A stretch of 64,000 nucleotides of DNA from Desulfonatronovibrio sp. (GCA_007121655.1 SKKD01000034.1:1237-65236), one strand, 5' to 3'. Shown: positions 7,422 through 16,896, counted from the first letter of the stretch. Numbers and translations: made by a program. The notes: generated by a model not told the origin, from the letters alone.

Positions 7422-9167
7422 TTATCCGAGTATGGCCTTAAGATCCTCTTCAGGTGTGGAAATGGGTTTGATATTATAATTTTCCACCAGATAATTCAGC
7501 ACGTTCTCGCTCAGGAAAGCAGGCAGGGAGGGTCCCAGCCTGATATCTTTGATTCCCAGAGCCAGGAGGGACAGCAGAATGGCCACTGCTTTTTGTTCGT
7601 ACCAGGAAAGTACCATGGATAAAGGCAAATCATTTACGTCGCATTCAAAAGCCTCGGCCAGGGCGGTGGCGATTTTAACCGCGGAGTAGGAATCGTTGCA
7701 CTGACCTACATCCAGGAGTCTTGGAATGCCTTCTATAGCGCCGAGCTTTTTATCAAAAAACCTGAACTTGCCGCAGGCCAGGGTCATGACAATGCAGTCC
7801 CGGGGAACCTGTTCCACAAATTCAGTATAATAATTGCGACCTGGTTTGGCTCCGTCACATCCGGCCACCAGGAAGAAGTGTCTTATCTTGCCTGCCTTTA
7901 CCGCGTCGATAACTTTATCTGCCACTGAAAGAACAGCGTGATGGGCAAAACCCACCATGACCTCACCCTTGTCTTCGTCCTGGGTAAAGCCTTCCATTTC
8001 CAGGGCCTTTTGAATTACCGGAGCAAAATCCTTCTCTCCTGCCGGAGTAAAGTCCTTCTTTCCTGCCGAAGTAAAAGCCTCTCCTCCTGTCGGAATAAAA
8101 TCCTTCTCTCCTGCCGAAGTAAAATCATTGACTCCTGCCAGAGTAAAATCATTGTCTCCTATATGATTGACTCCGGGCCAGGCCACCAGCCCGGTGGTGA
8201 AGATACTGTCCTTGTAGGCCTCCTGGGGTTTTTGGAGACAATTGGTGGTCATGAGGATGGCCCCTGGGAACTGGGAGAATTCCTTGTGCTGATTCTGCCA
8301 GGCGCTTCCATAGTGTCCGTAAAAATGCGGATATTTTTTCAGCCCGGGATATCCATGGCAGGGAAGCATTTCTCCGTGGGTGTAGATATTTATTCCCTTG
8401 CCCTCGGTCTGTTTGAGAAGCATCTCAAGATCCTTGAGATCATGACCCGAAACGACGATGGCCTTGCCCTTTTTTGGGCCCAGAGGAACCACGGTCGGCA
8501 GGGGGTGGCCATAGGCTCCCGTGTTGGCCGCGTCAAGAAGCTCCATGGTCAGCACATTGACTCGTCCGCATTCCAGAACCAGTTCGATCCACTGTTCCAG
8601 GGACAGGTCATCGCGGAGGGTAGATGCCAGCCCCTTTTCAATAAATTGATATACAGCGTCATCCTCCTGACCAAGAATGGCAGCGTGATCGGCATAGGCG
8701 CAAATTCCCTTGATTCCGTAGGTCAAAGTCTCTTTCAGAGAGTGGATATCCGGGTCAGGGTCTTTTTCCACAAGCACGCCATGCTCTTCTCCCTGGGCGA
8801 TCATTTCATCAAGTCCGGGCCCAAGGTCAAATTTGAGGGCATCGGAATCAGGAACATTGCCTCCGGCCCGAAGGACCGCAGTCTTGAGCTCATCTCGTTT
8901 TCTTACTGTTTCAAGGATCAGCTCCGCCAACCTTTCCGGGGAAAAATTTACATTTGTCAAAGTGGAAAACAGGGCTTCGGCCATGAAATGGCCTAACCCG
9001 GGCTCGCTTACATTTTTTTCCCTGGCAGCCACAGCCACCTGGGCAAGGCCTTTCTGGGCATAAACCAAAAGGTCCTGCAATTCAGCGACTTCAGGCTGCT
9101 TTCCACATACTCCGATTTTGGTGCAGCCTTGCCCCTTAGCCGTCTGTTCACATTGAAAACAAAACAT
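7422..9167 (-). CDS. hcp: Hybrid cluster protein (prismane; NO/hydroxylamine reductase) with internal repeat insertion
   Basis: MFCFQCEQT...GCTKIGVCGK, SGHDL, THGEMLP, TTNC, GCDG, LACGK, GQCND, WYEQKA; AAGGAG RBS. Confidence 0.97.
   Translation of the reverse strand: MFCFQCEQTAKGQGCTKIGVCGKQPEVAELQDLLVYAQKGLAQVAVAAREKNVSEPGLGHFMAEALFSTLTNVNFSPERLAELILETVRKRDELKTAVLRAGGNVPDSDALKFDLGPGLDEMIAQGEEHGVLVEKDPDPDIHSLKETLTYGIKGICAYADHAAILGQEDDAVYQFIEKGLASTLRDDLSLEQWIELVLECGRVNVLTMELLDAANTGAYGHPLPTVVPLGPKKGKAIVVSGHDLKDLEMLLKQTEGKGINIYTHGEMLPCHGYPGLKKYPHFYGHYGSAWQNQHKEFSQFPGAILMTTNCLQKPQEAYKDSIFTTGLVAWPGVNHIGDNDFTLAGVNDFTSAGEKDFIPTGGEAFTSAGKKDFTPAGEKDFAPVIQKALEMEGFTQDEDKGEVMVGFAHHAVLSVADKVIDAVKAGKIRHFFLVAGCDGAKPGRNYYTEFVEQVPRDCIVMTLACGKFRFFDKKLGAIEGIPRLLDVGQCNDSYSAVKIATALAEAFECDVNDLPLSMVLSWYEQKAVAILLSLLALGIKDIRLGPSLPAFLSENVLNYLVENYNIKPISTPEEDLKAILG
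8020..8163 (-). repeat. In-frame 24-bp tandem repeat x6 inside hcp
   Basis: Units start at 8020, 8044, 8068, 8092, 8116, 8140 (consensus GRAGTAAAATCCTTCTCTCCTGCC on +); encodes approximately xGxxDFxx six times. Confidence 0.92.
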
Positions 9168-9406
9168 CTTACTCTCCTTCATGGTTAAAAACTGCATGTC
9201 GTTATCTGACTTTTACAAAACCACCTTACACACCACATGACCCCGCGGGCCAAATTTCACGCCAGGGCGTGACAAGGCGCTGGAAAGTTCAGGTTCGATA
9301 AATATTTTTAATACAACATAAGAATCTGAACTCTTGAAGCAAGACAGCACAATAGGAATAACGCCCTGTTCCTGGTTGCGAAAGTAACCTTTTAAAGATA
9401 AAAACC

Positions 9407-9422
9407 TTTGACTTAAGTCAAA
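9407..9422. promoter_or_regulatory. HcpR operator, perfect 16-bp palindrome TTTGACTTAAGTCAAA
   Basis: Lies between divergent hcp and hcpR, abutting the hcpR RBS; minus-strand -10-like TACTTT at 9386-9381. Confidence 0.8.
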
Positions 9423-9435
9423 AGGACAAAAGAAA

Positions 9436-10110
9436 ATGAAAAAAAATATAGAAAAGATTTCTATTTTTTCCTCTCTTTCTCCTGAATATGTCAGGAAAAT
9501 AGAGAATATAACCCAGGTTTCAAAGTATTTGTCCGGAAAGATCATATTCATGGAAAATGACCCGGGTATCGGTTTTTACGGGATACTGGACGGAAAAATA
9601 AAGATATTTAAAAGCTCTCCTCTGGGTAAGGAGCATATTCTGCACATATTTGGATCCGGAGAGATATTTGCTGAAGTAGCGGTATTTGCCGGACATGATT
9701 TTCCAGCCAATGCCATGGCCCTGGAGGAAAGCACCCTCATGTTTTTCCCCAGAGACAGGTTCAGGGCTCTTCTTGCGGAGTTTCCGGATTTGAGCATGAG
9801 CCTGCTGGGGCTTATGTCCATGAGGCTAAGGCAAATGGTGGGAAAAGTGGAAGAACTCAGCTTAAAGGAAGTTCCGGCCAGGCTGGCCGCGCACCTTCTT
9901 TTGCTCAGAGATAATACAGGCAGGAATGAATTCAATCTGGACATTAACAAAAGCCAGCTGGCGTCTCTGCTTGGCACTATTCCGGAAACCCTGTCCAGAG
10001 TCATCCGAAAGATGAAGAACGAGGGCTTGATCGGTATAAAGGGGAGCAAGGTGGAACTGCTGGATATTCAAAGCCTGGATGAACTGGCCGGCGGGGAATT
10101 CAGGTTATGA
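9436..10110 (+). CDS. hcpR: Crp/Fnr family regulator, HcpR/Dnr type
   Basis: cNMP-binding-like domain (GKEHILH, FAEVAVF), HTH GTIPETLSR; divergent from hcp. Confidence 0.85.
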   Translation: MKKNIEKISIFSSLSPEYVRKIENITQVSKYLSGKIIFMENDPGIGFYGILDGKIKIFKSSPLGKEHILHIFGSGEIFAEVAVFAGHDFPANAMALEESTLMFFPRDRFRALLAEFPDLSMSLLGLMSMRLRQMVGKVEELSLKEVPARLAAHLLLLRDNTGRNEFNLDINKSQLASLLGTIPETLSRVIRKMKNEGLIGIKGSKVELLDIQSLDELAGGEFRL

Positions 10111-10344
10111 TCATTTGTTGTCCTTGAGGCCGGAACAGGTAAATGACCGGGGGATCATCCTGTAATAGCTTCCCTTGTCGATGCCAACGGCACGGCCGCA
10201 CGCGCAGTAGACTTTTCCTTCCAGTTCCTTATACTCAAATTGTCTGGTGATCCTTTTTTTGTGGCAGCGCAATACTTTGCCAGGACCGACTTTCCTGTAT
10301 TTCCAAAGCTTACGTTTACATCCCGAGCACTTGATTGTCAGCAT
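10111..10344 (-). CDS. Small basic Zn-ribbon-like hypothetical protein
   Basis: CSGC...RCH...YCACG; fills the gap between hcpR and the photolyase gene. Confidence 0.65.
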   Translation of the reverse strand: MLTIKCSGCKRKLWKYRKVGPGKVLRCHKKRITRQFEYKELEGKVYCACGRAVGIDKGSYYRMIPRSFTCSGLKDNK

Positions 10345-10379
10345 GTTCAAGGTTCAAGTTTCAAGTTTCAAGTTTCAAA
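10345..10379. repeat. Heptamer tandem repeat KTTCAAR x5
   Basis: Directly visible. Confidence 0.85.
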
Positions 10380-10433
10380 CACGCCAGGCGCGTGACGAAG
10401 CGTGTTCCAGGTTAAAACAAAAAAGGACAGCTC

Positions 10434-11786
10434 ATGCGCGTAAATCCCCTGAGAATCATGAAACTGAAGTCAGGTCCGGAAAGCGCAGGCCCTGTCGTAT
10501 ACTGGATGAGCAGGGATCAGCGAATAGATGATAATTGGGCGCTTATTCACGCCCAGGATCTGGCTCTTGCCGGGGGCCGATCCCTGCGGATAGTTTTCTG
10601 CCTGGCAAAGGACTCTTCTCAGGCCGGGCCAAGACAATACGACTTCCTGCTCAAGGGGCTCGCTCAATGCAGCAGAAAGGCCCGGTCCAAAAACATTCCC
10701 CTTGATTTGATTCAGGGCGAGCCCCGGGAGATTCTGCCCCAATACCTGGAAAAAATCAAAGCCTCATTCCTGGTCATGGATTTTGATCCCTTAAAGATCA
10801 ATAAAAGCCGGCAATCCGGAGTCCTGGACCTGACAAACATTTCGACCCATCTGGTGGACGCCCACAACATCGTTCCCTGCTGGGCCGCGTCAGACAAGCA
10901 GGAATACGCGGCCAGGACAATTCGTCCCAAAATCCATAAAAAGCTTGATGAATTTCTGGAGCCTTTCCCCGGACTGGATGCCCACCCTCAAGAAATACAG
11001 GCTGCTCTTTTTGATCCCGGGCAGGTGATCAGGGATCTGAACCTGAAACACGGCCCTCCTCCGGTTGATCGGCCGGCCGGCCCTGATGAGGCTCTCCGTG
11101 CCCTGGACGGCTTTATCTCCGGGAAGCTGCCTGCATACGGCGAACAGAGAAACGATCCCAACAAAGACGCATTATCCGGTCTCTCCGCTTACCTGCATTT
11201 TGGACAGATCTGTTCCCAGACCGCAGCCCTGAAAATACAAAAACACAGAAACATATCTCCGGAATCAACTGATTCTTTTCTGGAAGAGCTCATTGTTCGA
11301 AAGGAACTTTCGGATAATTACTGCCATTACAACAAAAATTATGATAACTTTGAAGGGCTGCCCGAATGGGGCAAAAAAACCCTGATCAGACATCTGAAAG
11401 ACCAGAGACCTTACCTTTATTCCCTTGATGAGTTTGAGCAGGGCCGGACACACGATCCACTGTGGAACGCGGCCCAGGCGGAGATGGTTGCCACAGGCAG
11501 GATGCATGGTTATATGCGTATGTATTGGGCCAAAAAAATGCTTGAATGGACCGCTGATCCCTGCCAGGCTATTGAGATGGCCATATGTCTTAATGACAAA
11601 TATGAGCTTGATGGCCGTGATCCCAACGGATACACCGGCATCCTCTGGTCGGTGGGAGGACTGCATGACAGGCCCTGGAAGGAAAGGCAGGTCTTCGGTA
11701 CCATCAGATATATGAGCTTTGGCGGCTGCAAAAGAAAATTCGATGTTCATGCGTATATCAAAAAATGGACAGACACGGGGAGGTAA
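10434..11786 (+). CDS. phrB: Class II CPD DNA photolyase
   Basis: VVYWMSRDQR..DNWAL, EYAARTIRPKI, YLHFGQI, MHGYMRMYWAKK, LDGRDPNGY. Confidence 0.93.
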   Translation: MRVNPLRIMKLKSGPESAGPVVYWMSRDQRIDDNWALIHAQDLALAGGRSLRIVFCLAKDSSQAGPRQYDFLLKGLAQCSRKARSKNIPLDLIQGEPREILPQYLEKIKASFLVMDFDPLKINKSRQSGVLDLTNISTHLVDAHNIVPCWAASDKQEYAARTIRPKIHKKLDEFLEPFPGLDAHPQEIQAALFDPGQVIRDLNLKHGPPPVDRPAGPDEALRALDGFISGKLPAYGEQRNDPNKDALSGLSAYLHFGQICSQTAALKIQKHRNISPESTDSFLEELIVRKELSDNYCHYNKNYDNFEGLPEWGKKTLIRHLKDQRPYLYSLDEFEQGRTHDPLWNAAQAEMVATGRMHGYMRMYWAKKMLEWTADPCQAIEMAICLNDKYELDGRDPNGYTGILWSVGGLHDRPWKERQVFGTIRYMSFGGCKRKFDVHAYIKKWTDTGR

Positions 11787-11788
11787 CC

Positions 11789-12697
11789 ATGAACTTTTTC
11801 ATACTTGGCGGGACAGGCTTTGTCGGTAACTTCCTGATCAAATTTATCCTGGATCAGGGGGATGATGTGACCGCCCTGGTCAGGGATGAATCAAAAATAA
11901 AAATCCGGTCTCCCAACCTGGAACCGGTCAAAGGCGACCCTTTAAAGCAGGGCGACTGGCAAAAGGAGCTTGTCAGATCCGATGTCATAATAAACCTGGT
12001 CGGTTCTCCCATTATGACCACCTGGACAGACAAGGCCAAAAAAATGATCCTTTCCAGCCGGGTTGATTCCACCAATAATGTGGTCATGGCCCTCAAGGAC
12101 AGCGGACCAAAAACCTTTATCTGCGCAAATGCGGTGGGCTACTTCGGATCCAGGGGTGATGAAATGATTACTGATTACGCATCCCCTGGAAAGGACTTTC
12201 TGTCAGACGTGTGCGTGAAATGGCAGGAGGCGGCCATGGGTGCCGAGAATCTGGGCCACAGGGTGGTGGTGTCCAGATTCGCGGCAGTGCTCGGCCCTGG
12301 TGGCGGAGCACTGGATCAGATGATGCCTGTTTTCAAGCGTGGAATGGGAGGAAAACTGGGCAATGGAAAGCAGTGGTTTCCCTGGGTTCACATATTCGAC
12401 CTGACCAGGGCTCTGTATTTCCTCAGCCGGAAAAAGGAGATCAAGGGGCCGGTTAATATCTGCTCGCCCAAGCCTGTGACCAATGAACATTTCACCCATG
12501 CTCTGGGCAGGGCTCTGAACAGGCCGACCTTATTCAGAGTACCGGGCTTTGGTTTGAAATTGCGCTTCGGAGAAGCGGCCAATGTGCTCCTGGCCAGTCA
12601 AAGGTGTATCCCCAAAGTCCTTCATGAGGCAGGTTTTGAATTCAAGTTCGAGGACATTGAAGCGGCACTCGCTGATATTGTCCACCAGTGGAAGTAG
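11789..12697 (+). CDS. TIGR01777/YfcH-like NAD-dependent epimerase family protein
   Basis: GGTGFVG, INLVG, SRVDST, NAVGYFG, LGNGKQWFPWVH; GGAGG RBS. Confidence 0.88.
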   Translation: MNFFILGGTGFVGNFLIKFILDQGDDVTALVRDESKIKIRSPNLEPVKGDPLKQGDWQKELVRSDVIINLVGSPIMTTWTDKAKKMILSSRVDSTNNVVMALKDSGPKTFICANAVGYFGSRGDEMITDYASPGKDFLSDVCVKWQEAAMGAENLGHRVVVSRFAAVLGPGGGALDQMMPVFKRGMGGKLGNGKQWFPWVHIFDLTRALYFLSRKKEIKGPVNICSPKPVTNEHFTHALGRALNRPTLFRVPGFGLKLRFGEAANVLLASQRCIPKVLHEAGFEFKFEDIEAALADIVHQWK

Positions 12698-12711
12698 TCC
12701 ACAGACAACAG

Positions 12712-12774
12712 GTTCAAGGTTCAGAGTTCAATGTTCAAGGTTCAGAGTTCAATGTTCAAGGTTCAGAGTTCAGC
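12712..12774. repeat. 21-bp x3 repeat built from GTTCARN heptamers
   Basis: GTTCAAGGTTCAGAGTTCAAT x3 (last copy variant). Confidence 0.9.
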
Positions 12775-12923
12775 GTTAAAGAGTAAGAAAAGAGATCTTC
12801 GCCGCAGGTGATGAAATTATTTCCCTGGCGATAAGCCAGGGTATACCTCTTTTTCTTATTCGTGTAGATTCGTGGACAGAACTCTTATTTATTCATCTAC
12901 CTGCCTCACAAAGTGACCTGATC

Positions 12924-13466
12924 TCAGACGCGCGGTACCGCGTAAAGCTCCCCGCCGAAAGCGTCATTGACCACCAGAAGCGGAAAGTCCTCAACTTCCA
13001 GCTCCCGGATGGCCTCGGGCCCCAGATCTTCATAGGCCAGCACCTTTGCACTTGTAATGCGCTGGGACAAGAGAGCTCCAGCCCCGCCGGTGGCCCCGAA
13101 ATATACGCCCTTGTGTTCTTTCAGAGCTTCTTTGACAGCGTCGCCCCTTTTACCCTTGCCGATGCTGGCCTTTACTCCCATGGAATGCAGGGTTGGCGCG
13201 TAAGTATCCATGCGGTAGCTGGTGGTTGGTCCCGCCGAACCAATGGGGCGACCCGGAGGGGCCGGAGAAGGTCCTACATAATATATCACCGCACCCTGAA
13301 GCTCAAAGGGAGGTTCTTGTCCCGCATCGATGTCAGCCAGAAGTCTTTTATGGGCGGCGTCCCTGGCTGTATAGATCCTGCCGCTCAACAGAACCTTGTC
13401 TCCGGTCTTAAGCTTTAATATGTCCTCGTCTTTCAGGGGCGTGGTAAGTTTTATTGTCTCAGACAT
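12924..13466 (-). CDS. Fe-S fumarate hydratase (class I) beta subunit
   Basis: TARDAAHKRL, GSAGPTTSYRMD, LGPEAI; TAATG coupling with the alpha subunit. Confidence 0.92.
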   Translation of the reverse strand: MSETIKLTTPLKDEDILKLKTGDKVLLSGRIYTARDAAHKRLLADIDAGQEPPFELQGAVIYYVGPSPAPPGRPIGSAGPTTSYRMDTYAPTLHSMGVKASIGKGKRGDAVKEALKEHKGVYFGATGGAGALLSQRITSAKVLAYEDLGPEAIRELEVEDFPLLVVNDAFGGELYAVPRV

Positions 13467-14302
13467 TAGATTGTGACCTCCTTGTGCCTGGCGCTGTGGC
13501 ACTGGATATTTACGGCTAAAGGCAGACTGGCGATGTGACAAGGGGCCATTTCAATCTTGACTCCCAGGGAGGTTGTATTGCCTCCCATGCCCATGGGGCC
13601 AATGCCCAGACTATTGACCGCCGCCAGAAGCTCATCCTCCATGGCCGCTATCTCCGGATCGCTGTTTTTTTCATCCAAAGCCCGGAAAAGGGCCTTTTTG
13701 GCCAGGATGGGGGCAAAATCAAAGGTTCCGCCAATGCCCACCCCGACGATTGTGGGCGGACAGGGATTGGGACCTGCCTCGGCCACTCTCTGTACCACAA
13801 ACTTCTTTATTCCTTCCCATCCCTGGGCCGGAGTAAGCATGGTCGCCCTGGACATGTTTTCGCTTCCCCCGCCTTTGGCCATGAACCTGATTTTTATTTT
13901 ATCGCCCGGGACCAGATCCAGGTGGATGATGGCCGGGGTGTTGTCACCTGTATTTTTGCGGGTCAATGGATGACAGGCGGATTTTCGCAGATACCCCTTT
14001 TCATATCCCTGCCTGACTCCCTTATTTATGGCCTGGTATAAATCGCCCTCTACCCGGCAGTCTGCGCCCATTTCCACAAAAAAGACCGCCAGGCCGGTGT
14101 CCTGACAAAGGGGCAGACCTGTATCACCGGCCAGTTTCACGTTTTCCAGCAGCTGGCCGATTATTTCCCGCCCGGCCGGGCTGGTTTCGGTCTTAAGGGC
14201 GTTTTTAAAAGCCATCAGGATATCGTCTGGGGCCTTTACATTGGCCTCAACAACAGTTCTTGCCACCAAATCGGATATTTCACCGGCATTGATTGTACGC
14301 AT
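13466..14302 (-). CDS. Fe-S fumarate hydratase (class I) alpha subunit
   Basis: PLCQDTG, KGGGSEN, NPCPP, HIASLP, IQCHSARH. Confidence 0.93.
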   Translation of the reverse strand: MRTINAGEISDLVARTVVEANVKAPDDILMAFKNALKTETSPAGREIIGQLLENVKLAGDTGLPLCQDTGLAVFFVEMGADCRVEGDLYQAINKGVRQGYEKGYLRKSACHPLTRKNTGDNTPAIIHLDLVPGDKIKIRFMAKGGGSENMSRATMLTPAQGWEGIKKFVVQRVAEAGPNPCPPTIVGVGIGGTFDFAPILAKKALFRALDEKNSDPEIAAMEDELLAAVNSLGIGPMGMGGNTTSLGVKIEMAPCHIASLPLAVNIQCHSARHKEVTI

Positions 14303-14320
14303 GATTTTTTTCCTTTTATC

Positions 14321-15064
14321 TTAGTTCTTCCAGGGAAGTATGCGCTTCAGGGCGTGAATGCCCATCCTGCGGCGGACAAAGGCCAGCTGATCCTGCAAAG
14401 GCAAATGCTTGGGACAGACATCTTCACACCCCAGAAGTCCCATGCATCCGAAAATGCCCTGGTCAGTGCCCACTACTTCAAAGTATTCCTTTTCCTGTCT
14501 CTTGTCCCTGGGGTCAATGATGAATCTGGCGATGCGGTTCAGGGCAACAGCACCAAGGAAGTCATCGCGCATCTGGGCCGTGGCGCAGGCACTCACACAG
14601 CAGCCGCATTCGATACACCGTTCCAGCTCGTATATTTTTTCAGCAACGTCATTGCCCATGCGCTCTTCTTCGGCCTGAGGATCAAATTTTTTATCAGTAT
14701 GAACCCAGGACTCAACCTTTTCATTCATGGACCGAAACCAGGTTCCGGTGTCCACGGACAGGTCTCCGACCAGCTTGAATCCCGGCAGGGGCATGAGAGA
14801 GATGTCCGCAGGCAGATCCTTGGCCTTGGTATGACAGGCCAAACCTGGACGGCCGTTGATGACCATGGCGCAGGCCCCGCAGATTCCGGCCCGGCAGCAG
14901 AAATCAAACTGCAGAGACGGATCCTGTTCCTCGCGAATTTTGTTCAGGGCCACGAACAGGTTGAGATTTTCGGTTTCTTCCAGTTTATACTTCTTCGTCT
15001 GCGGCCTGGAAGAGGGATCCGCGGGATTATATCTGAATATACTGAATATCAGTTTTCTAACCAT
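14321..15064 (-). CDS. frdB: Fumarate reductase iron-sulfur subunit
   Basis: CRAGICGAC, CIECGCCVSAC, CMGLLGCEDVCP. Confidence 0.95.
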   Translation of the reverse strand: MVRKLIFSIFRYNPADPSSRPQTKKYKLEETENLNLFVALNKIREEQDPSLQFDFCCRAGICGACAMVINGRPGLACHTKAKDLPADISLMPLPGFKLVGDLSVDTGTWFRSMNEKVESWVHTDKKFDPQAEEERMGNDVAEKIYELERCIECGCCVSACATAQMRDDFLGAVALNRIARFIIDPRDKRQEKEYFEVVGTDQGIFGCMGLLGCEDVCPKHLPLQDQLAFVRRRMGIHALKRILPWKN

Positions 15065-15066
15065 GA

Positions 15067-16896
15067 TTATGCCTCTTTTGTTTCAGCGCTGATTATCTTT
15101 CCTCCGCCGTATCCACGATCTCCGGGAGGAATTTCCACAATAGTGGTTGCCGGTTCATATTTTAGCTCGGGCAGTTCACTGCCTTCTTTCCAGTAAGCCA
15201 GGGTTCTGACCAGCCAGTCCCGGTCATTTCTTTCCGGATAATCCTCTCTGGCGTGGGAGCCGCGGCTTTCCTTTCTTTCCAGGGCGCCGTAAGCCACACA
15301 AAGGGCCAGCCTGACCATTCCCGGCAAACGAAGGGCCATGGCCATCTCCGGATTTGCCCCCAGGCCGTTGGATTTCAGCTTGATATTGTTGGCCCGTTCA
15401 TGGATTTCCTTGAGTTTATCCACAGCCAGGGAAAGATCCTGTTCATTCCGAAAGATGCCCACATAGTCCATTAAAACATCCTGCATGGCGTCCCGGACTG
15501 CGTAGACCTCTTCCTTTCCTTCCCCGGAGATGAGCTTCTCTATCCTTTCTTGCTGTTTTTTCAGGCCTGAACCGACCACCCCGGTATCAAAACCTGTTTC
15601 GTTTTCCTTCAGGAATTCAACAATCTTTTCTCCAACGATCATGCCGGCCACGACAGTTTCTGCCAGGGAATTGCCCCCAAGGCGATTGAATCCGTGCATA
15701 TCCCAGCAGGCAGCTTCTCCTGCCGAGAAAAGACCCTTAAGTCCGTAAGCCGCCCCGTCCTTGTTGGTTCTGACTCCGCCCATGCTGTAGTGCTGGGTGG
15801 GCCTGACCGGGATGAGTTCATGGATAGGATCAATGCCCAGGAAATTTTTGCAGATTTCATAGACTTCGCGCAGCTTGGTGGTGATGTGCTTTTCTCCCAG
15901 ATGACGAATATCCATCCAAAGGTGGTCCCCGTAAGGACTTTTTACCCCCAGGTCTTTGCGGATGTGCTCGGTCATGCGCCTGGAAACAACGTCCCTGGAA
16001 GCCAGTTCAGCCTTTTCCGGCTCATACACATGCATGAACCGCTCCTGATTGACGTCCAGCAGGGTTCCTCCGTCACCGCGGCAGCCTTCGGTAACCAGGA
16101 TATCCGTGGGCACGATTCCTGTGGGGTGGAACTGAACCGCCTCCATATTTCCAAGGGGAACAACACCGGTATCCAGGGCAATGACAAGTCCGCCGCCCTC
16201 ATTGATGATGGCGTTGGTGGAGGCCCGGTAGATTCTTCCGAATCCGCCGGTGGCGATCAGGGTGGCCTTGGCCAGGTAGGCCCGGAGCTCTCCGGTTTTA
16301 AGACACCTGACAACAGCCCCCATGCATTTCTCATTGTCATGAATTAGACTGATGGCCTCGGTCCGGTCATGGACCTTGACCCCGCTCTGCACGGCCACGT
16401 TATCCAGGGCGTAAAGCATGGCATGCCCGGTTCCGTCGGAACAGTAACAGGCTCTCCACTTGGCAGTGCCTCCGAAATCCCTGGCGGTTATCAGGCCTTT
16501 GCAATCAGCTTTTTCTTCTTTTTCCAGCTTTTCGCCGCCCTTGTAATAACAGGATTGTCCAGGAACCACCGTATTCCAGGGGACTCCCCAGTAAGCCATC
16601 TGACGGATGGCCACAGGTGCGTTGTCGGCAAACATTCTGGCCACTTCCTGGTCGCAGCCCCAATCAGAACCCTTGACAGTGTCCAGGAAGTGTACATCAG
16701 GGCAGTCTCCTTCGCCCTTGATGCAGTTTCCCAGAGCGGCCTGCATTCCACCCTGGGCCGCCGAGGAATGGGAGCGCCTTGGAGGGACAAGACTTAGACA
16801 AACAGCGTCAAAACCGGCCTGGGCAGCTTCAATGGCAACCCTTTCCCCGGCCAGCCCGGACCCGATACAAAGTAGATCAGAATAAATTATCTGCAT
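15067..16896 (-). CDS. frdA: Fumarate reductase flavoprotein subunit
   Basis: IGSGLAG, RSHSSAAQGG (covalent FAD His), QFHPTG, HYSMGG, HGFNRLGGNSL. Confidence 0.96.
   Translation of the reverse strand: MQIIYSDLLCIGSGLAGERVAIEAAQAGFDAVCLSLVPPRRSHSSAAQGGMQAALGNCIKGEGDCPDVHFLDTVKGSDWGCDQEVARMFADNAPVAIRQMAYWGVPWNTVVPGQSCYYKGGEKLEKEEKADCKGLITARDFGGTAKWRACYCSDGTGHAMLYALDNVAVQSGVKVHDRTEAISLIHDNEKCMGAVVRCLKTGELRAYLAKATLIATGGFGRIYRASTNAIINEGGGLVIALDTGVVPLGNMEAVQFHPTGIVPTDILVTEGCRGDGGTLLDVNQERFMHVYEPEKAELASRDVVSRRMTEHIRKDLGVKSPYGDHLWMDIRHLGEKHITTKLREVYEICKNFLGIDPIHELIPVRPTQHYSMGGVRTNKDGAAYGLKGLFSAGEAACWDMHGFNRLGGNSLAETVVAGMIVGEKIVEFLKENETGFDTGVVGSGLKKQQERIEKLISGEGKEEVYAVRDAMQDVLMDYVGIFRNEQDLSLAVDKLKEIHERANNIKLKSNGLGANPEMAMALRLPGMVRLALCVAYGALERKESRGSHAREDYPERNDRDWLVRTLAYWKEGSELPELKYEPATTIVEIPPGDRGYGGGKIISAETKEA

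Noticed and set aside
8020-8163. CRISPR-like periodicity
   Set aside because: Units are contiguous with no spacers and lie in frame within hcp; no cas genes
7938-8996. Long antisense ORFs (e.g. 7938-8996, 14354-15196, 44795-45616, 56186-57019)
   Set aside because: Shadows of well-supported genes on the opposite strand, with no recognisable motifs
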